43,546 nt of DNA. Origin: Phoronis australis (taxonomy: Eukaryota; Animalia; Phoronida). This document shows, in pieces, positions 1-9,800 of this stretch. The notes below the pieces were generated by a model that saw only the letters and a program-made list of their open reading frames with translations, searched no databases and had not been told where the DNA came from. The DNA is taken from contig NMRA01000021.1 in the NCBI GenBank assembly GCA_002633005.1, positions 707,677 through 751,222 on the forward strand, written 5' to 3'. Positions within the stretch are counted from its first letter, which is position 1, and each line of letters starts with the position of its first letter. The position numbers were made by a program, and so were the translations under genes.

Positions 1-484
1 TTTTCAACATCACCCTCAGTCCGCACCGGGCTCGTAAAATCGGGGCGCCTTGGTCGTAGATACCGCCCCCGTTACATCGTCATCTGTAGTCAGCTTCATA
101 GAAACATGTCTGCTAAATCTCATCAAGATCTTGTAAGGGGTTTAGGAGATACAGCTGCGGACGCTGGACACCGGGAAAAGATGAACGGCAATATATGCGA
201 CCACTCACAGTCTATGACTATGTGGCGGGGCGCATAAAAAGCGCAAAAATATTTCTATTTCCACAGGTTAGGGGGTCGTACGTTGAGGTAGTCGTGGGTT
301 AACAGGGTTGTGGCACTTGTGGGTCGAGGGGATCGTGGTTCGAGGAGGGGTGTGGGGGTCGAGGAGGTTTTGTTTAGAATAATCTTGACCACGACCCGTC
401 CGACTCCGTTCAGGATTCATATCGGTCACCGGTGTGACGCTTTTAGACTTAGTGCTCTTACCCATACTTTACATATATACTTAC

Positions 485-567
485 CTAAAAATTACCCCTT
501 TCTTAGGGAAGTCTGGGAATTCTGAAATCAACGTTTTAACCCGTTGCACTCTAGACTCAAAGTCCAT
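485..567 (-). CDS. APRT: Adenine phosphoribosyltransferase, coding exon 1 (gene continues left of window)
   Basis: ATG at 567 gives MDFESRVQRVKTLISEFPDFPKKGVIF(R), matching the APRT N-terminal I..FPDFP..GV.FR motif; ends in phase 2 at a GTAAGT donor (484-479). No exon 2 recognised in 1-478. Confidence 0.88.
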
Positions 568-769
568 TTTAGAGGTTGCGTTTGAAGTTGTTCTGTCTTC
601 AAATCGTGATTGCGGCTTCGGGCCCTTCCCAAAGCTTTTAGCGGCAAAACTTTGTACTAAACTGCAAATAGTGACATCTGGTGTGTAACACCAAAAGGTT
701 TCCAAAGTGGCGGTCAATTTGATTTTGTAAAAAATTCTCCTGTTGCTCACAGAGACGTGAAATTCGACA
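568..769. promoter_or_regulatory. Compact bidirectional promoter and 5' UTRs between APRT and TRIP13
   Basis: Only 202 bp between divergent ATGs (567 -, 770 +). Contains TTTGAA (581-586), TTCAAA (598-603), E2F-type GCGGCAAA (641-648) and TGGCGG-N4-TTTGAT (708-723). Assumes no distant 5' UTR exons. Confidence 0.7.
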
Positions 770-873
770 ATGGATCATGTTACAGATATTGAACATGCTC
801 TTCCTGACACAATGAGTTATGAAGATGAAACTGATCCGGTTGTCTTGGTTGAAGTTTGTCAAAAAAATAGCAG
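770..873 (+). CDS. TRIP13: TRIP13 exon 1
   Basis: [34 protein letters not shown], like the TRIP13 N-terminus (V.VEV.Q..SS); donor GTTTGT at 874, phase 2. Confidence 0.88.
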
Positions 874-3800
874 GTTTGTATTTTATCATGTTCAATGTCA
901 CAATCAAGTGCCATTGCCTTGCATTGCCAATGCCGGGCATTGTTACATACGTGAACTTGGAATACGCGAGGTAACTTGACAAGTTCACTCAAATAATCAT
1001 GTCCATAAAACATTGCGCTGCACTAAATCAAGTTACACGTCAATTTTAATCAACCTTTTCAAGTACCGGCGATCAGTTTCACCAAACAATAATCGATTTA
1101 TCCATTCACATATTCCTTCGGTTCAGCGACACAAGTTACGGTAAAGGTGAAAATGGTTGATCGCGAGGCCAATAACTTTTACAAAAATTCTTTTCACCGA
1201 ACAAAAATTCCACCTTTTTGCTTCAAAGAATATTCAATTCCAAGTTCACGCATTCGTGATCTTGAAGGCGAAGGCAACCTTTTTCATGTCATTTTTAGCA
1301 AAAATAAAGTTCGTTGATTATCTCAGACATATTTCTCACTTATATACTGCTTTTCGTAATTTAATTAATTACTTGTCGTCTACTCCGGAAGTGACGTTTT
1401 GGGAGGCAAGAATTTTGTGCCAATTTCTTTCATATAGTCTGATTGTGAGAGCAGTCGAGTCAGTCATTGTTCTACCTCGGTTGTGATAAGTTCGGTCGTC
1501 GTTTGCTTTTGCTTACAAGTCAGTCAACATGCCACGCTGTTGCTGCGTACTGGGGTGTACTCATTTTCGTCTCACATACAGAGGAAGAACTGTCCCACTT
1601 GCCCGAGTGTCCCGCGACACACTCCCACTGGAGGGTGATCTAAGCACCCAAACTGCTTACATCCCGCCGTGTGACTCCCGCGCCACGCACCTGGCACCTT
1701 CCAAATAGCTCCAATACAAGTCCACAATAAAGTTATCAAACTTAGGCTCACTGATCTGTTCACTGGATGACAAACTGTCCTCTTCACTTGGTGTCGAACT
1801 GGGCCTGTATTCACTCCCACTAGTCAACATCACTGCAGGGCTCCTTACAGGCTCTGGGCTAGAGACAACAGCATAGGGCGAATCACTGCTAGTTCCCGGA
1901 ATTGCACGCAATGGGGTACGTTCGGAGGCATGGGTAACGGTAGATGAAGTGCCTCCAGTCACTGCATATAGTGGCCACAGCTCGATCGCGAGGCTTCTCG
2001 CTTAAAAATCGCACTTCTCGGGGTTGGCGATGGGGCACTGCCGGGAATCAACAGCGACGGTATGGTACCCTTCTTCAGGCGTTGTTTCGCAGGGACGTTC
2101 ATCAATTCAGCGTACATGTCTCTGTCGTAATCTGACGGCAGAAAATGCTTGCCACACACTCGGTAACCCTCCACTGCTTTGTACGTTGCCTGAACAGGTA
2201 GCGCTGCGTTCTTCACAATGAACAAGCTAGCCAAGTACGGCGAAGTGTGTCATCCTTCGGAAAGCGACGCAAGGTACCCAAAGCACGTGTGAGACGATAA
2301 TGAGTACATCCCGGCACGTACCAATAGCGTGGCATGTTGACTGACTTGTAAACAAAAGCAAACGACGACTGAACTTATCACAACCGAGGTAGAACAATGA
2401 CTGACTCGACAGCTCTCACAGTCAGACTATAATGAAAAGAAATTGGCGCGAAACTCTTGCCTCCCAAAACGTCACTTCCAGAGTAGAGGACGAGAAATTA
2501 ATCAAATTACGAAAAGCTGTAATTAAGTGAAAAATGTGTCTGGGATAATCAACGAACCTTATTTTTGCTAAAAAGAGACATGAAAAAAGGTTGCCGTCGC
2601 CTTTAAACAGGATTCCAAGTTTATGCACAGCACCATTTCCAGGTGCTGTTGACTTGTTGTTTGCTATACCTTCACAACTTCAGGCTTCACCTCTTCTAGA
2701 CATTGTCGTTTTGACTTGCTACAGTAGAGAAGTTGGCCATCCCATATCACTACAATTACACCAGAATTACACATGTACACACCATAGTCTTACTCTGAGA
2801 CCGGGAAACTGTCTTGGCTTAAGGCTTAGCCTAGCTGTTGCAGTGTTGGTGTCTTCGTGTATGGCGAAAAAGAGGGGCTATAGCTCCCCCCACCCCCTGG
2901 CTATAGTGTGCCGCCCATGGTCTAAACTCACAAACAAACAATCCAGCAATGAAACCTTTTTCTCGAGCAGTCCTTCAAACCGGCAACAGGTTGTGCCAGG
3001 TGAGGGATGTCATATCCCTTGTTCTTGGCACAATGTAAAAATGGCCAGCAACTGAACGAAGCACTGCTCAAAAAAGTTTGATTAAGGGAATACTAGTTAG
3101 TTTGAACAGCAAAGAGCTAATGATACCAACAGCTTCCTAAAGTGTCCCTCTATGCACGCAAGGTACTTAGCAAAATGACTTTGATGGTTTAATCAGTGTG
3201 AGACATAATTTGATGAAAATCTTCCAGTGTATGGAGGGTCTTTGGGATGGCCTCCCATCTCTACTGCAGCCGCAAAAGGTACCCGCTCATCCAAAACCTT
3301 TACGGCAAACAGATGGCGCTGGATGCAATGATGCTTTACTAACAGGCAGCGCTGCTTACAGTCATGTGACATTCTTGTGTGAACTGAATCTTGACCCAGC
3401 ATCTTGACCTACATTCTACAGCTGCTGACGTCACATCGCCGTTGTGACAACGTGACATGATGAGCTCAGTGCTTCACTCTTTGTTTATACTGTCAGCTGT
3501 TATTAATCATGGCCACCAACATGTTTATAGTGCATGGTTCAGTTCGTTAAATAGATACTATATAAGTTGAAACCACTCTCTTTTGCCTTAGTGTTGATAG
3601 AACATAAAATATTACAGACGTTTCTACTTGGTGAACCATCAGCTGCCGTGCCGTGCCGTGCCGTGCCACGGCCAGTCCGGTCTGCTGGGCTCAGTGTTGT
3701 TGGCTAACGAGACACTGAACGAAAAAGAAAATATCGCAAGAGAATAAAACCTAACATGTATATCACCATGTATAATTCAAGCATAATTTAAAAAATATAG

Positions 3801-6800
3801 TGGTTATATTTCAACCTAATTAAAATTATGGTTGTTGAGTTGCCAAAATCTCGCCGGGCGGAAAAGTGGCCGGGCCCGGTTTAGTAGCCTCACCATGGTC
3901 ACGTTCATTGAATATATATTTTACCCCAGCGTTTAGGCCGAGCAACCACAACAGCGTAGATTATTAACACTTTCATCTTAATTATATGTTATAAATAGTT
4001 ATTACAAATGGGGTTTTAAACATGGAATGTCGGACACAAAGAATTCTTTTCCACACAAATTCGCCACTCATCAGGACATACACTGTCTGCTTCATGAACT
4101 CTCGTGACCTGTGGCTAGTCAGCAGCAGCAGAATGTAGGTCAAGGTGCTTGGTTAAGATTCTCTCAGGCACAGTCTTATTTGAGCGATAAAATGACACGT
4201 GATTGATGAGAAGCGCCATCTGTTTGCCGTAAAGGTTTTGGATGAGCGGGTACCTTTTGCACTGCAGCCAGTTGAGACAATGGTACTGTCTGCACCTGTT
4301 CACCACAACTGCGCACCAGCCTGTCTTGGCCACAGCTCACAGCAGAAGGCCATAGCCAACCAGAAGACTAGTTAAAATCAAAATACAGCTAGGAACCACT
4401 GCAGGCTAATTTTATCGCGGCGTCATTAGGGATATGATGACAGCTTCGTCGAAGAAATTTTGTTCAGGAATTTAGTTTGTGGGTATTAAAATACATCTTT
4501 GTTACTTCCACTGTGGGACTATACCTCAAACATATTTATTTGAGTTCATAATAACTGGGAAAAGTAGCCCACCCAAGTCAGAGACAAAACACTAGAGACC
4601 AGAGTTCAGATTACCCGTCTGTTTTCAGTTCTTATCAGCTTGCCATCTCCTCTTTTACAAGAGCCCGCTAGTTGGAACATACCCGCAGTGATCCAGGTTT
4701 AATATTTGTCTGCAGCTGTCCTTCGGTGATCACATCAATCACGTTTATAGTAAAGGATATCCCTTTAAACAGTGTTAAATCACAATGCACAATAAATCTG
4801 GTTCCTCGGCTTCTGCGATTCTTCTGTCGGAACAACACGTTCTCATTTGTTGTTGTCACTTTAACAAATAATTTGAGGGTACATGATCTCATTTGTTGTT
4901 GCCACTTTACCAAATAATTTGAGGGTACATGACCTCATTTGTTGTTGCCACTTTACCAAATAATTTGAGGGTACATGACCTCATTTGTTGTTGTCACTTT
5001 ACCAAATAATTTGAGGGTACATGACCTCATTTGTTGTTGTCACTTTAACAAATAATTTGAGGCTACATGACCTCATTTGTTGTTGTCACTTTACCAAATA
5101 ATTTGAGGGTACATGACCTCATTTGTTGTTGTCACTTTACCAAATAATTTGAGGGTACATGACCTCATTTGTTGTTGTCACTTTACCAAATAATTTGAGG
5201 CTACATGACCTCATTTGTTGTTGTCACTTTACCAAATAATTTGAGGGTACATGACCTCATTTGTTGTTGTCACTTTACCAAATAATTTGAGGCTACATGA
5301 CCTCATTTGTTGTTGCCACTTTACCAAATAATTTGAGGGTACATGACCTCATTTGTTGTTGTCACTTTACCAAATAATTTGAGGCTACATGACCTCATTT
5401 GTTGTTGTCACTTTACCAAATAATTTGAGGGTACATGACCTCATTTGTTGTTGTCACTTTACCAAATAATTTGAGGCTACATGACCTCATTTGTTGTTGT
5501 CACTTTACCAAATAATTTGAGGGTACATGACCTCATTTGTTGTTGTCACTTTACCAAATAATTTGAGGGTACATGACCTCATTTGTTTCATACATACTAA
5601 TATTACAGATTAGCATCGTCTTTATATAAACATGTAAAAACAAAGGAATTACTATGATTGATATCTTTGAGATCAAATTTGCTTCTTTAAATATGATTTT
5701 TCCATTCATTTCCAGTACTGTTCGTCGAGGTGGGGTCAGAGGTCATGTCACTAAGTTGCTACAACAAAACTACTGTGTGGATGGCGAGCTGCGAATCACA
5801 GACTTTGACGACAGTTTTTTGAAAGAACACGTCCACTCAGTAGTAGTCACCTGTGATAGTGAGCAGAGTAAAGTAGGTGTGACACACTGCATTCTGCAAA
5901 TGGAATGTACGTGTTGCTGAAAAAGACCACTAGGTGGCATGTTGGAATTCTTGATTGGTGATGCTGAATTTCGTATAACAAATAGCTAGACGATTATGTG
6001 TGAAAGCAGCATTATGTCAGACCTATCCATGATATGATAAAAGAGTCAGTTACAAACTTATTTTATTCCACTGTGATGTTGAGAATTTCGGGCTTTGGAC
6101 ATGCAGCAAGCCACTTTAAATGTCAGTAGTGTTCATGCACTGTCACTGAATAGATGTAGATTGAAATTTTAGATAGATTTCAATCTAATTGTTTTAAGGA
6201 ACCAAAATTGTTTTGATGATTATTATTGTTCTTCCATTCAGAATGATTTTTATCGACTTGAAATTATTTAAGTGGATGTTTATGTTCTAATTCGGACAAA
6301 CACAGTATTGTTCATCTACTTCGTTGATGATTGTACCGTATTGCCGCGCTATTAAGTCCATGGGCGTCTATGCTTAACAGTGCTTGTATGCGAAACTTAG
6401 GCATACGGGCCATTATGCGAACCACTTGGGATCAAATTGCCATGAAAGAGGCATTATTTCTGATATTGGCCGTGGGCCTAATGGTCAGTTAGTAGTTGAT
6501 ATGGTGCCATTATATGGTTTTGCAGGAATTGGAATATGGATTCCAATGTGCACCAATGTTAGTTAGTGTATAGAAATGTTTTGAACGGTGACAGGGACTA
6601 TCTTATTTCTTGATTTCAGCCTGTAGATCTGGCAAAAGCCAAGTTTGACATTCATGTCTACCAACTTCATGAGGATGGTCCTGGTTCAGAGGAACTAGAG
6701 GAAGATGACCTGTCTGCCGCGCAGCATTGGTTGATGCCATGTACAGAGTTTGAGGGGATTTGGGAGAGTCTAGTATTCGATGCTCATATTAAGCATGAGG

Positions 6801-9800
6801 TAAGTGTTATTATATTCTTGCATTCACTAGTAAATGCGTTGTGCTGATTTGGAGGGCATTTTGAACACTCGTTTAGTATTTCCACTCACGTATATTATGT
6901 TTGCGTGTGGGCGCTTTCAGAAACCAAGTCCCCAGGGCGGTTCTCTCAGTAGCATTTTGCTTTTCTTGTACTTTGGAAAGTAATGGCAAGTTGTCAATAT
7001 TTATTCCTCATCTTTTATTAGTACTGTAGAAATATTCCAAGTTGATTGCTGAAGGATTTACCAGACTTTTCTCTTGGTTGACAAACTGACATCTTACAAC
7101 GCACCTTAAACTACCAAGTGCATGTTTGTCCATGTGTCTATGATGTCAGAAAATGTTGAAATTTAAATAATACATAATGAACTTTGAACTGCATTATAAT
7201 CATTATATGAAATTTCCAAAATGCACTCAACTTGGACAAAGTTCCATGGAATGGTTGTTTTGGTTTGTTTTCTCTGCCCTTTATCTATAAAGTCATATTT
7301 CGCCTTACTCGCATAAAATCTCCAGAAAAGTGGTGCAGGCCCCTTGTTGGTCAACTTTTGCATCGATGCCCCTTTGTCCCCTTTAAAACCCCTCTGCTCA
7401 TTACCTGAGGCCTTTACTTGAGGTCATAAAATGTTTATCTTTTTTGAAAATTGCTCATAAGATTCTAATGGTGGTCACTCATTTAGAATGGACATTTCTG
7501 TTTCCATCTAATTTCAGTTGCTACAGTATGTGAAGACGACGTTATTATTCTCTGACAGGAAAGTTGACTGTAATGTTATCTCATGGAACAGAGTAGTCCT
7601 ATTACATGGTATGTTTTGACTGTAATGTTATCTCATGGAACAGAGTAGTCCTATTACATGGTATGTTTTGACTGTAATGTAATCTCATGGAACAGAGTAG
7701 TCCTATTACATGGTATGTTTTGATAGCGTGCAGATGTTAAGAAATGCTGTTTTATAAAGTTCCCAATTATTTCATCACTAATTTGGGCTATTATTTTTGT
7801 GTGAAATGAGTGAAGAATGGTCACATTTTGTTGCTTTACTGGAATTTAGCATGCAGTGTATTGGACAAGTTGAATTAATTTTGTCAAAATTCTTTTAAAA
7901 AATGCATCGTTTTTTACTTCTAGTATTGTTTGTATCAAACAGTTGTTGGGCTTTGATTCACTGGACTTTTCCGCATCGTAAAGTATGCGCCTGAAAATGA
8001 ATGGTAATTGTGCGTCATGACAAGTGGGTGGAAGTTGAATTCATTGTGAAGGTGAATTAACAAGAAATTAGTAAAATGGTTTGGACTCTGCTGTCAGACT
8101 GGTTTGGACTTTGCTGTCAGAATGGTTTGAACTTTGCTGTCAGAATGGTTTGGACTTTGCTGTCAGAATGGTTAGGACTTTGCTGTCAGAATGGTTCAGA
8201 CTTTGCTGTCAGAATGGTTTGGACTTTGCTGTCAGAATGGTTTGGACTTTACTGTCAGAATGGTTAGGACTTTGCTGTCACAATGGTTTGGACTTTGCTA
8301 TCAGAATGATTTGGACTTTGCTGTCAGAATGGTTTGGACTTTGCTGTCAGAATGGGTATTAACCGAATCATTTTTGCTGTTGACAGAATTATATCCATCA
8401 TGCCGCGAAAATGATAGTTTATCTGTTTGTCTGGTTACTTTTGTTCTGTTCTGTATATCCCAATAAATTGTTTGTTTACTCTGGTGCAGGTCCCCCTGGC
8501 ACAGGCAAAACTTCACTGTGTAAAGCTCTGGCTCAAAAGCTCTGCATTCAACTATCCAACAGATACAGTTACGGCCAGCTTATTGAAATCAACAGTCACA
8601 GTTTGTTCTCCAAGTGGTTCTCTGAGGTACGAGTGAAACCAAGTTTTGGTCAATGAGCAATTTATTTTTGGTGCTCTTACTATACTGCATACATTCGTGT
8701 GTCTGGTGGGACCAGCTTTCTTAGCTGTGTTCTATAAGTTTGTAAAGATCATGCATGACAAGTCTTGGAGATTATAAATTGCCTTATGCAAGACCTCACT
8801 AACTTCTACTCATTACTATCTAGGGTTACTGAAGGGGTCATTGCTCTCAGCTTGTTTAAATTATCAAAATACTTCATTTGACCATTATTCTGTAGCGCCA
8901 CCTAGTGAATATAATCACTTACGAGGTTTCGAGAATCAGTTTGATGCCTGTTATTCAGTGAAATAAACTGATTCTCAAAATGTTGGGTCCCTGTAAGGGA
9001 CTATTACCGAATATGATGTAGCCTGGTGTGTTCTATTTGGTGTAGCTGCTATCTTGTTCTTCTGAAGACATCGAGGCACTGTTTCCTGAAGATTCTATTG
9101 TTTCATGACTTTTGGCTAAAAAGCAGTGTACGGCTTTGAAATGTGGGCATACAGGACCAAGACGTGTGTATTTCATCTGCCAGAGTTTGTATTACAGAGT
9201 GGCAAACTAGTCATGAAGATGTTTCAGAAGATTCAAGAATTAATTGATGACCAAGATGCCTTAGTATGTGTTCTCATAGACGAGGTATGTTCATTTCCTT
9301 CTTTTTAAATTGCTTCATGTTTCAGTAACTGGTTGATGTAGACTTGTTACTGCTTCTTGGTCCTTACTCAGATGAGAAGGGATTTATTTAATTAAATATG
9401 TATCCAATATTAGCATTGCCACTAGATGTAGTATCTTACAATAGATGGCACTATCTGTTACAATATGGCAGCTTCCAGTTTTACTGTCTTGATTATGTTT
9501 TAGACCATGCTCAGCTTATGCTGTGACAAGCCAACATGTAGGCCGTGGGTCTCAAGAAATAGCAAAAAACTGTTGGCTCTTTCAAAGCCCTGAAATTGCC
9601 TCCTATTTGACTAAAAAACAATTTTGGGACCAGTTTCATAACAGTAGGTGGTTTGAATCAAAACTTTGGTTTTGTGATGAAAAAGTAGTTAATTGATACT
9701 CGCTTTAAATGTGTACTTCGTGAGAGAAAACAAGAACAGCTGTATTTATCTGTATATTTGTGTGCACATGGTCGTAATACCAGCAATACATTAACTGCAA

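Noticed and set aside
1157-2628. Similar ORFs 1157..1486 (+) and 2422..2628 (-) suggesting paired small genes
   Set aside because: They are translations of the two inverted arms of the foldback element; no protein motif.
4020-4085. Hammerhead-like CTGATGA...GAAA on the minus strand with ATGTC/GACAT flanks
   Set aside because: Stem II does not close and the cleavage triplet is not adjacent to stem I; core geometry fails.
3240-4340. Flanks of the MULE joined together read PISTAA..VE..QLRTSL, like a hAT dimerisation motif
   Set aside because: Needs a frameshift and rests on a few residues; too weak without a database search.
8076-8466. Cys/Trp-rich repetitive ORFs
   Set aside because: Frame-cycling translations of the 23-bp minisatellite.
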